Assembly: GCA_963843975.1 (NCBI GenBank)
Contig: CAWJMG010000003.1
Span: forward strand, 1,140,001 to 1,172,000
DNA from: an uncultured Actinomycetes bacterium
Lineage (GTDB): Bacteria; Actinomycetota; Actinomycetes; S36-B12; CAIYMF01
DNA length: 32,000 bases
Direction of reading: 5' to 3'
Made by a program: the position numbers and the translations under genes
The notes under the pieces: model-generated
The model's input: only the letters and a program-made list of their open reading frames with translations
Database searches by the model: none
Told to the model about the DNA's origin: nothing
Shown here: positions 15,775 through 23,043 of the stretch, in pieces
How the letters are laid out: each line of letters starts with the position of its first letter
Numbering within the stretch: the first letter of the stretch is position 1

Positions 15775-16700
15775 CCGACCTCCTCGTGGTCGAGGACGAC
15801 GAGCAGCTGCGCAAGGCGCTCGTGCTCACACTGCGCTCGCGCGGGCATGGCGTCACGTCGACCGCGTCCGGCGTCGAGGCAGTGGCGCTCGCGACCACGC
15901 GGAGGTTCGACGTCGTGGTGCTCGACCTCGGGCTGCCCGACCTCGACGGCGTGGCCGTGATCGAGCAGGTCCGCGCGACCAGCGGCGTGCCGATCGTGGT
16001 GCTGTCGGCCCGGCGCGACCAGGCCGACAAGGTGACCGCGCTCGACGCCGGCGCCGACGACTACCTGACCAAGCCGTTCGGCATGGAGGAGCTGCTCGCC
16101 CGGATCCGCGCCGCCCAGCGACGCGCCGGGCCGGTGGCGAGCGCCGGCACCGTGACGACGCCCGACTTCGTGGTCGACCTCGGCCGCAAGTCCGTGCACC
16201 TCGCCGACGGCACCGAGGTGCACCTGACCCCGACCGAGTGGGGCGTGCTCGAGGTGCTCGTGCGCGCGGACGGCCTGCTCGTGCCGGGGGCCGACCTCCT
16301 CGCCCAGGTGTGGGGCCCGGCGTACGGGAGCCAGACCAACTACCTGCGCGTCTACCTCGCGCAGCTGCGACGCAAGCTCGAGCCCGACCCTTCGCGGCCC
16401 CGCTACCTGATCACCGCGGCCGGCCTCGGCTACCGCTTCGATGTCACGGGCTCGGCCGGGGCCTCATCGGCACCCCGCCGCACAAGGATCCCGAGGCTCT
16501 GGCAGGCTGTGCCCCGACGCGCGGCGACGGTGCCGCGGGCCCGTTCGACGGGACCCGCGAGTGGGCCCCCGGGCGGCCCGTGCCCCCTTTTTCGCGGCTG
16601 TCATGCTCGGAAACAAGGTCGAAACAATCGGGACACCGACGGGAAATCCCGCCCCCGTAGGTTCCCCGAGAACGCTGAGGCGAGCCCGCCGCAGCTGTAG
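15771..16700 (+). CDS. OmpR/KdpE-family response regulator; the conserved REC + winged-helix part ends at ~16445 and the ORF then runs 84 more codons to the first stop
   Basis: MTDLLVVEDDEQLRKAL...DVVVLDLGLPDLDG...DDYLTKPF (REC domain); ...LTPTEWGVLEVLV...VWGPAYGSQTNYLRVYLAQLRRKLEPDPSRPRYLITAAGLGYRFDV (winged helix). The remaining tail is Arg/Pro-rich and crosses the glnA upstream regulatory region, so the 3' end is doubtful. Confidence 0.8.
   Translation: MTDLLVVEDDEQLRKALVLTLRSRGHGVTSTASGVEAVALATTRRFDVVVLDLGLPDLDGVAVIEQVRATSGVPIVVLSARRDQADKVTALDAGADDYLTKPFGMEELLARIRAAQRRAGPVASAGTVTTPDFVVDLGRKSVHLADGTEVHLTPTEWGVLEVLVRADGLLVPGADLLAQVWGPAYGSQTNYLRVYLAQLRRKLEPDPSRPRYLITAAGLGYRFDVTGSAGASSAPRRTRIPRLWQAVPRRAATVPRARSTGPASGPPGGPCPLFRGCHARKQGRNNRDTDGKSRPRRFPENAEASPPQL
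16600..16647 (+). promoter_or_regulatory. candidate GlnR operator upstream of glnA
   Basis: The arrangement is GTCAT-n5-GAAAC-n6-GAAAC-n6-GACAC-n6-GAAAT, with pentamers at 16600, 16610, 16621, 16632 and 16643. It resembles the actinomycete GlnR box gTnAc-n6-GaAAc repeated with ~11-bp phasing. It lies 105-150 nt upstream of the glnA ATG. Confidence 0.5.
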
Positions 16701-16751
16701 TGATGCCCCCACAGTCCGTCGGCGAAGCCGGGGACCCCGCGAGGAGGATGG

Positions 16752-18176
16752 ATGTTCAAGAACGCGGAGGAAGTGCTCCGGTTCATCCAGGACGAGGACG
16801 TTGTCTTCGTCGATGTGCGCTTCTGCGACCTGCCCGGAGTGATGCAGCACTTCAACGTGCCGGCGAAGTCCGTCGACATGGCGCTGTTCACCGACGGTCA
16901 GATGTTCGACGGGTCCTCGATCCGAGGCTTCCAGGCCATCCACGAGTCGGACATGAAGATCGTCCCGGACGTGAAGACGGCCTTCCTCGACCCGTTCCGC
17001 AAGGAGAAGACGCTCGTCATCAACTTCTCCATCCAGGACCCCTTCACCGGTGAGCCCTACTCGCGCGACCCGCGCAACGTCGCCGCCAAGGCCGAGGCCT
17101 ACCTCGCCACCACCGGCATCGCGGACACCGCGTTCTTCGCCCCCGAGGCCGAGTTCTACATCTTCGACGACGTCCGCTTCGAGACCAAGCAGAACGCCGG
17201 CTACTACTTCATCGACTCCGTCGAGGGCGCCTGGAACACCGGTCGCGCCGAAGAGGGCGGCAACCGCGGCTACAAGCCCCGCTACAAGGGCGGCTACTTC
17301 CCGGTGCCGCCGGTCGACCACTTCGCCGACCTCCGCGACGCGATGGTCCTCGGCCTCGAGCAGGTCGGCCTCTCGGTCGAGCGCGCGCACCACGAGGTGG
17401 GCACCGCCGGTCAGCAGGAGATCAACTACCGCTTCGACACGCTGCTCCAGGCCGCCGACGACGTCATGAAGTTCAAGTACGTCATCAAGAACGTCGCGTG
17501 GCACGCCGGCAAGACCGTGACCTTCATGCCGAAGCCGCTGTTCGGCGACAACGGCTCGGGTATGCACGTGCACTGCTCGCTCTGGAAGGACGGCGTCCCG
17601 CTGTTCTACGACGAGCTCGGGTACGGCGGCCTCTCGGACATGGCTCGCTGGTACATCGGCGGCCTGCTCAAGCACGCGCCGTCGCTGCTCGCCTTCACCA
17701 ACCCGACGGTGAACTCGTACCACCGTCTGGTGCCGGGCTACGAGGCTCCGGTCAACCTGGTCTACAGCCAGCGCAACCGCTCGGCCTGCATCCGCATCCC
17801 GATCACCGGCTCGAACCCGAAGGCCAAGCGCATCGAGTTCCGCTGCCCCGACCCGTCGAGCAACCCGTACCTCGCGTTCTCGGCGATGCTCATGGCCGGC
17901 CTCGACGGCATCAAGAACAAGATCGAGCCCCCGCAGCCCGTCGACAAGGACCTCTACGAGCTCCCGCCGGACGAGGCCGCTGCGATCCCGCAGGTGCCCG
18001 CGTCGCTGACCGAGGTGCTCGACGCGCTCGAGGCCGACCACGACTTCCTCCTCGAGGGCGGCGTCTTCACGCCCGACCTCATCGAGACGTGGATCGAGTT
18101 CAAGCGCACGATGGAGGTCGACCCGATCCGCCTCCGTCCGCACCCGCACGAGTTCGAGCTCTACTACGACATCTGA
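16752..18176 (+). CDS. glnA: glutamine synthetase, type I (GlnA1-like)
   Basis: 474 aa, with RBS GAGGAGGA at 16741-16748. [29 protein letters not shown]...[14 protein letters not shown]...[13 protein letters not shown]...[13 protein letters not shown]...[28 protein letters not shown]...KDLYELPP. The last motif is an adenylylation-type Tyr context. Confidence 0.95.
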   Translation: MFKNAEEVLRFIQDEDVVFVDVRFCDLPGVMQHFNVPAKSVDMALFTDGQMFDGSSIRGFQAIHESDMKIVPDVKTAFLDPFRKEKTLVINFSIQDPFTGEPYSRDPRNVAAKAEAYLATTGIADTAFFAPEAEFYIFDDVRFETKQNAGYYFIDSVEGAWNTGRAEEGGNRGYKPRYKGGYFPVPPVDHFADLRDAMVLGLEQVGLSVERAHHEVGTAGQQEINYRFDTLLQAADDVMKFKYVIKNVAWHAGKTVTFMPKPLFGDNGSGMHVHCSLWKDGVPLFYDELGYGGLSDMARWYIGGLLKHAPSLLAFTNPTVNSYHRLVPGYEAPVNLVYSQRNRSACIRIPITGSNPKAKRIEFRCPDPSSNPYLAFSAMLMAGLDGIKNKIEPPQPVDKDLYELPPDEAAAIPQVPASLTEVLDALEADHDFLLEGGVFTPDLIETWIEFKRTMEVDPIRLRPHPHEFELYYDI

Positions 18177-18234
18177 GCCGTACCCACCCGGACACAGCCG
18201 AAGGCCCGCCCCCTCGTGGGGCGGGCCTTCGGGC
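18161..18234 (+). repeat. left copy of a perfect 74-bp direct repeat (last 16 nt of glnA + 3' UTR with terminator)
   Basis: CTACTACGACATCTGAGCCGTACCCACCCGGACACAGCCGAAGGCCCGCCCCCTCGTGGGGCGGGCCTTCGGGC is identical, base for base, to 25755-25828. The flanks diverge immediately on both sides. Confidence 0.95.
18198..18232 (+). terminator. glnA intrinsic-terminator-like hairpin
   Basis: CCGAAGGCCCGCCCC-ctcgt-GGGGCGGGCCTTCGG forms a perfect 15-bp stem with a 5-nt loop, 22 nt after the glnA stop. Confidence 0.7.
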
Positions 18235-18315
18235 ATTCCGCCTTCCGAGCCCTTTGGTGTCGTGTCCTCACGAGGGAGCGTTGTGTTGCAACCATCGTTG
18301 CTAACGTGACCGGGT

Positions 18316-18339
18316 CGCGCCCTTCTGGAGGAGGGCGCG
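18316..18339. terminator. hairpin at the distal end of the island operon
   Basis: CGCGCCCT-tctggagg-AGGGCGCG forms a perfect 8-bp stem, extendable with G-U pairs. It lies downstream of the GH32 stop on the minus strand. Confidence 0.35.
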
Positions 18340-18353
18340 GCTCTGTCTAGTCG

Positions 18354-18397
18354 AAGGCCCGGATGCTCCTCCTGGAGGGGAGGCGCATCCGGGCCTT
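18354..18397. terminator. long stable hairpin downstream of GH32 (probable operon terminator)
   Basis: AAGGCCCGGATGC ... GCATCCGGGCCTT forms a 13-bp perfect outer stem. The inner CCTCC/GGAGG pairing gives ~19 bp in total around a GGAG loop. It starts 41 nt after the GH32 stop codon (18438-18440). Confidence 0.45.
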
Positions 18398-18437
18398 GGG
18401 GCGGGTCCCGCGAGCTCGGCGGTATCACCCGATCGAT

Positions 18438-19790
18438 CTACGGGCGCTCCCGTACCCAGAGATCGACATCTACCGGGTCCGACCCGCCCGAGGCGATGCG
18501 CGCCGTCGCCTGCTCCCCCGACGGAACTCGAACCGAACCGACGCCCTCAGCAGCTGACCAAGTCACCTCGAGGATGTCGGCGTCGACGACCATGTCGAGA
18601 GTGCCGCCGCGTCCACGCTCGCCTGGGATGGTCATCAAGACCTCGCCATCAGCGCGTTCCACCGCGACAAGCCCTGAAGCCGCATCGGCAACGAGGGACC
18701 AGCCAGAGTGCGGCATGACGACGTCCACCGTCAGCTGTGAGTCCGCCGCGAGACCGGAGACGAGCCTCCACGGAGTGCTCGCCGGAGGTGCCATATCCGT
18801 CGCCGTTCCCGGCTCCAAGCGCGTCTTCAGCAGGTGAAGGGGAAATCGGCCCCAGAGGGCAGGGTGCTGGGCTACGTGGAGCTTGGCGTCCCTGACGGAC
18901 AGCCGATGAGGCAGGCTCATCGCCGAGCACCAGGGTGACCCTGCGGGTGCCGTGTTGCCTTCCTCCCTGAGCCAGGAGATGGCCGTGGGTGATCCGTCCT
19001 TGTCGACGAAGGTCGTCGTCGCGTAGAGCTGCGGTCCGTGGCTGAAGGTGCCCCATGAACTCGGGCAGAACGTCGACCCGTCGTACTCGCCGAGCGCGTA
19101 GACGACGTTGTGCAGGGTGTCGTCTTCCCACACCGACACCAACATGACCCAGTGCCCGTCGACCTGGAGGAACTGCGGGCACTCCCAGACCTTGCCGCTC
19201 CATACCGGTGCGCGTTCGTCGTTGCTGCGCGAGGCGAGCACGCCCTCGAACTCCCACTCCGTCAGGTCAGCCGACACGCCGTACTGCAGCGCACAGCCGC
19301 CGTGCCCCACGAGCCCGGCCCCGATCACGGCCACCCAGCTGGCCCCGCGCCGCCGGATCTGTGGGTCGCGGAAGGCGATGATGTCGAGTCCCGGAGGAGG
19401 CCCGTCGAGAACGGCGTCCGGTGGGGTGCGGATCCAGCCGGCCATGGTACGAGCAGGTCTCGCGAGGGCCACCGTTCCTCTGCCCCAGTCGTCGTGGGCG
19501 ATGCGGGTGTACGCGAGTACCGGGCCGTCCTGGTCCACGACGGCAGACCCCGACCAGCAGCCGATCTCGCCCACAACTGGTGCGAGAGCGACCTCCAGCT
19601 CCGTCCAGACGATGAGGTCATCGGATAGAGCCTGACCCCAATGGCACGCCGGGTGCCAGGTGACACCGTCCGGGTAGTACTGGAAGAACATGTGGTAGCG
19701 GCCGTCTACGTAGACGATGCCGTGCGGATCGTTCGTCCAGCCCTGCTGGGTTGTGAAGTGCAGCGCCGGGCGCTGCCGATCGTTACTCAC
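18438..19790 (-). CDS. glycoside hydrolase family 32 (beta-fructofuranosidase / sucrose-6-phosphate hydrolase / exo-fructanase type), cytoplasmic
   Basis: 450 aa from GTG 19790 (VSNDRQRPALHFTTQQGWTNDPHG). The three GH32 catalytic motifs are present: WTNDPHG (WMNDPNG), AFRDP (RDP) and WECP (EC). No signal peptide is visible. The upstream 96 codons of the track ORF overlap the GH172 gene and are Arg-rich nonsense. The start overlaps the GH172 stop (GTGAGTAA). Confidence 0.85.
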   Translation of the reverse strand: MSNDRQRPALHFTTQQGWTNDPHGIVYVDGRYHMFFQYYPDGVTWHPACHWGQALSDDLIVWTELEVALAPVVGEIGCWSGSAVVDQDGPVLAYTRIAHDDWGRGTVALARPARTMAGWIRTPPDAVLDGPPPGLDIIAFRDPQIRRRGASWVAVIGAGLVGHGGCALQYGVSADLTEWEFEGVLASRSNDERAPVWSGKVWECPQFLQVDGHWVMLVSVWEDDTLHNVVYALGEYDGSTFCPSSWGTFSHGPQLYATTTFVDKDGSPTAISWLREEGNTAPAGSPWCSAMSLPHRLSVRDAKLHVAQHPALWGRFPLHLLKTRLEPGTATDMAPPASTPWRLVSGLAADSQLTVDVVMPHSGWSLVADAASGLVAVERADGEVLMTIPGERGRGGTLDMVVDADILEVTWSAAEGVGSVRVPSGEQATARIASGGSDPVDVDLWVRERP

Positions 19791-21132
19791 CGGACAGGTA
19801 CCTCCGGCGGATGTCGGCAGCCTGGGCGACGTTGCCGTCCGAAGATGCCCGCGTCTCTTGCGCACGGCCGGCGAGGAAGTCCCGCCGTGCCTTCTGGAAT
19901 GCTTCGTTCCGTTCAGCCGCACCCGCGCGAGCCGCCTTCTGCGCGTCGGTTGTCGCCTGCGCAGGCGTCGCGGTGCCGGGGCCGGTGGCGCGCAGCGGGA
20001 GACGGTCCCCGACCGGTAGGACGCCGAACGGGACCGTGGGCAGCTTCTGATACCAGTAGGCGGTCGAGGAGAAGTCATCAGCGAGGTGGTTGGCGTGCCC
20101 GTGCTCGATGGTGACCTTGATGCGCTTCTTGAACCTCACCGGGTCGGTGATGTGGAAGCGGTAGGAGTGCTGGAAGCCAGGGACGTCTTCTTCGTGGACG
20201 ATGGTCCCGCACATAGGGAATGCGTTGTGCTGCATGCCCCACGCGTGACCGAAGTAGTCCTCGCTGCCAGTGCCGTGAAGGCTGGGAGGCCAGGTGTCGT
20301 CGTCGATGAAGATCATGTCGTCGCCCTCGCCCCACCAGGAACCCTGGAAGTGGCGAACTGCCAGATTGCAGCCGACGTAGTGGCCCTCCCCCTCGATATC
20401 CAGGATGACGTAGTTGCCCTGGCCGTCGAGGTTCGGAACGGATCCGACTTCGTAGCTGTTGGTCTGAAGGTCCGGACCCCAACCGTCGCAAGGCTTCTCC
20501 CTTCGCCATAGCGCGTGGAAGTAGGCGGTGGTCTCAGGCAGCGGCTCCCGGTAAAGCTCGTAGTCGATGTAGAAGTACTGCAAGTAGGGGATGTCGTTCT
20601 GGTTCTCGACCTCGATCCGGGCCCGCGTCCCGAAGGGCATCTGGAAGTAGCTGTTGAACGACGCGCTCCCGCCGAACGTGTGCGTCTCTACGTCCTTGGC
20701 CGATACCGACAAGGGCATCGAGGAGTAGTTGCCCGACAGGGAGTTCATGAGGCCGAAGAAGTCACCGAGCGGCACGAGGACACTCGGGTGCTCCTGGTCG
20801 TCCCAGAAGATCTTGAGCAGGATCTTGCGGTAGTAGTCCGGGTCGACGATCTCCCAGTTCACCCCGAGGGCGTTGTGGATCTCGAGCATGGGGACGCCGA
20901 CGAGCTCGGGTGGGATGAGCCCGGGCCCTGGGGTGATGCGACAGGACTGGGTCATCCAGATGTGGGTGATGCAGCCTGGGCCTTCGATGTCGGCGAGGAC
21001 GACGGATTCACCTGGCCCCACTACCCAGTTGTCCTTGTTGCGACCGCTCTGGTCCCAACTGGACGAGCGCGCGGATCTGGCGTCGCGGACATGGGTGAGG
21101 TCGGCGAGCAGGCCGTGAGGGCCGGGTGCCAT
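19783..21132 (-). CDS. DUF2961 / glycoside hydrolase family 172 protein
   Basis: 449 aa, with RBS AAGGAA 5 nt upstream of ATG 21132. ...GPGCITHIWMT...LLKIFWDDQ...VPLGDFFG...AYFHALWRRE...GEGHYVGCNL...WWGEGDDMIFIDDD...LHGTGSEDYF... are motifs I associate with DUF2961. The last ~70 aa are an Ala/Arg/Gln-rich tail. No signal peptide is visible. Confidence 0.75.
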   Translation of the reverse strand: MAPGPHGLLADLTHVRDARSARSSSWDQSGRNKDNWVVGPGESVVLADIEGPGCITHIWMTQSCRITPGPGLIPPELVGVPMLEIHNALGVNWEIVDPDYYRKILLKIFWDDQEHPSVLVPLGDFFGLMNSLSGNYSSMPLSVSAKDVETHTFGGSASFNSYFQMPFGTRARIEVENQNDIPYLQYFYIDYELYREPLPETTAYFHALWRREKPCDGWGPDLQTNSYEVGSVPNLDGQGNYVILDIEGEGHYVGCNLAVRHFQGSWWGEGDDMIFIDDDTWPPSLHGTGSEDYFGHAWGMQHNAFPMCGTIVHEEDVPGFQHSYRFHITDPVRFKKRIKVTIEHGHANHLADDFSSTAYWYQKLPTVPFGVLPVGDRLPLRATGPGTATPAQATTDAQKAARAGAAERNEAFQKARRDFLAGRAQETRASSDGNVAQAADIRRRYLSGE

Positions 21133-21166
21133 GTGTGTTCCTTTCGAGGTTGAGGAGGGGGCTCGT

Positions 21167-22078
21167 TCAGCCCTTGACGCCGGTCGAGGTGAGGCTCTCG
21201 ACGATCCAGCGCTGCGCCACGAGGTAGACGAGGAAGGCAGGCAGGATCGCGATCGTCGTGGCCGCCATGATCATGGCCACGTCGCCGGTCTTGTAGGGGC
21301 CGAGCATGAGGACGAGGGCGAGCGGCATCGTGGCTGTGTCGATGCTGTTGAGGAAGATCGACGGGGCGAAGTAGGCGTTCCAGGTAGCGAGGAACGTGAT
21401 GACCCCCAGTGCCGAGAGGCCCGGTTTGGCCAGCGGAAGCGCCACGAGGCGGTACACGGTGAACGGACCGGCTCCGTCGATGCGAGCCGCCTCGAGGATC
21501 TCCTCGGGGAGGCCCAAGAAGAACTGCCGCATGAGGAACACGCCGAATGCGCCGGTTAGCGCAGGGAGGATCAGCGACAGCGGGTTGTTGATCAGTCCCA
21601 GGTTCCGCATGAGGATGAACAACGGGATGATCGTCACCTGGACGGGGACCATCAGCGAAGCCAGCAGCGTCACGAGGAGCACGTTTCTCAGCGGGAATCG
21701 CAGGCGGGCGAAGGCATACCCGGCCATGGGGCACAGCACGACTTGGGCGAGGGTCACGACGATCGCGATGACGGCGCTGTTGAGCATGTTGTGCAGGAGC
21801 GGCACGGGCCCGGTGACTGCGTTGATGTAGTTCTCCCCCTGAACGGGGAAGGGCAACCAGTTGGGCGGTAGGTCGTAGGCCTTGGCCGCAGGACGCATCG
21901 ACGTGGAGAACATCCACAGGAACGGCGCCACCATGCCCAAGGCGCCAAGACCAAGGACGATGGTGGCGACTACTCCGCCTGGGCCGGACCTTCGAACTCG
22001 CTGCGACTGCCCTCGACGTCGGGAGGCATGGCGCACCGTCTCCGCAGCTCCGCGCCCTAGGTCTTGCTGGCTACTCAC
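21167..22078 (-). CDS. carbohydrate ABC transporter permease (MalG/CUT1 type)
   Basis: 303 aa with six predicted TM segments. EAA loop: LPEEILEAARIDGAGPFTVYRLVALPLAKPG. The start overlaps the upstream permease stop by 8 nt. Confidence 0.85.
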   Translation of the reverse strand: MSSQQDLGRGAAETVRHASRRRGQSQRVRRSGPGGVVATIVLGLGALGMVAPFLWMFSTSMRPAAKAYDLPPNWLPFPVQGENYINAVTGPVPLLHNMLNSAVIAIVVTLAQVVLCPMAGYAFARLRFPLRNVLLVTLLASLMVPVQVTIIPLFILMRNLGLINNPLSLILPALTGAFGVFLMRQFFLGLPEEILEAARIDGAGPFTVYRLVALPLAKPGLSALGVITFLATWNAYFAPSIFLNSIDTATMPLALVLMLGPYKTGDVAMIMAATTIAILPAFLVYLVAQRWIVESLTSTGVKG

Positions 22079-22997
22079 TGTGGACCCACCTTCGTCGCAT
22101 GCGGAACTGGACCGCCGTCAGGGCGAGGATGATGAGGAACAGGGTCATAGACACGGCAGATGCGTAGCCCATCCGGAACTTCTGGAAGGCCAGCTCGGCG
22201 ATGTACATGACGATCGAGCGGGTGGAGTCCCCCGGCCCTCCACCGGTGAGAACGATGATCGACTCGTAGATCTGGAATGCACCGATCGTGGTGATCGTGA
22301 CGTTGAAGAAGATCGCCGGACTGATCATCGGAGCCACCACTCGACGGAAGCGGGTCCACGGACCGGCTCCGTCGATCTCGGCGGCCTCGATGATGTCCTT
22401 GGGCACGTCCTGGAGCGCCGAGACGAAGATCAACATCGCGAAACCGACGTTGCGCCACGTGTCGACGATGATGACAGTGGCTTTGCCTGCGACGTCACCG
22501 TTGAGCCAGTCGATTCTGGGTAGTCCGACCGAGGTCAGGTAGTAGTTGACGATCCCTGTGTCTTGCTGGAACAGGGCCTGCCAGATCACCGACACGTAGA
22601 CGAGACCGACCAAGGACGGGAAGAAGTAGGCGGACTTCAGGACTTGGCTGATCCCGGCGGGCAGCCGGCGGTTGACAAGGACGGCGAGGATCAACGCGAA
22701 TCCGTTGATCAGGATCACGGCCGCCACCACGTAGATGATCGTGTTCAGGTATGTCGTGTGGAGACGCTCGTCGGTCAGCATCCGCCTGTAGTTGTCCAGG
22801 CCGATGAACTTGGGTGCGGTGACGATGTCGTACTTGGTGAAGCTCAGGTACGCGGCCACGACTAGCGGGCCAAGCACGAACAGCAGAAACCCGAGCACGG
22901 CAGGGCCGATGAACAGGTATCCGGTGACCGCCTCGCTCCGGCGCGCAGGATTGCGCCTGCGCGCCGGAGCCTCGAGGTCGGAGGTCATCGTTGGCAC
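22071..22997 (-). CDS. carbohydrate ABC transporter permease (MalF/CUT1 type)
   Basis: 308 aa. ...AVTGYLFIGPAVLGFLLFVLGPL... with EAA loop VPKDIIEAAEIDGAGPWTRFRRVVAPMISPA. Confidence 0.85.
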   Translation of the reverse strand: MPTMTSDLEAPARRRNPARRSEAVTGYLFIGPAVLGFLLFVLGPLVVAAYLSFTKYDIVTAPKFIGLDNYRRMLTDERLHTTYLNTIIYVVAAVILINGFALILAVLVNRRLPAGISQVLKSAYFFPSLVGLVYVSVIWQALFQQDTGIVNYYLTSVGLPRIDWLNGDVAGKATVIIVDTWRNVGFAMLIFVSALQDVPKDIIEAAEIDGAGPWTRFRRVVAPMISPAIFFNVTITTIGAFQIYESIIVLTGGGPGDSTRSIVMYIAELAFQKFRMGYASAVSMTLFLIILALTAVQFRMRRRWVHSE

Positions 22998-23043
22998 CTC
23001 TCCGCGAGTTCTTGCAGGTGGGGTTTGGACGGGCCGGCCTTCG

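Noticed and set aside
16441-16842. 133-aa plus-strand ORF spanning the glnA upstream region and start
   Set aside because: It overlaps the glnA RBS and start out of frame and crosses the GlnR-box-like region, and its translation is Arg-rich with no motifs.
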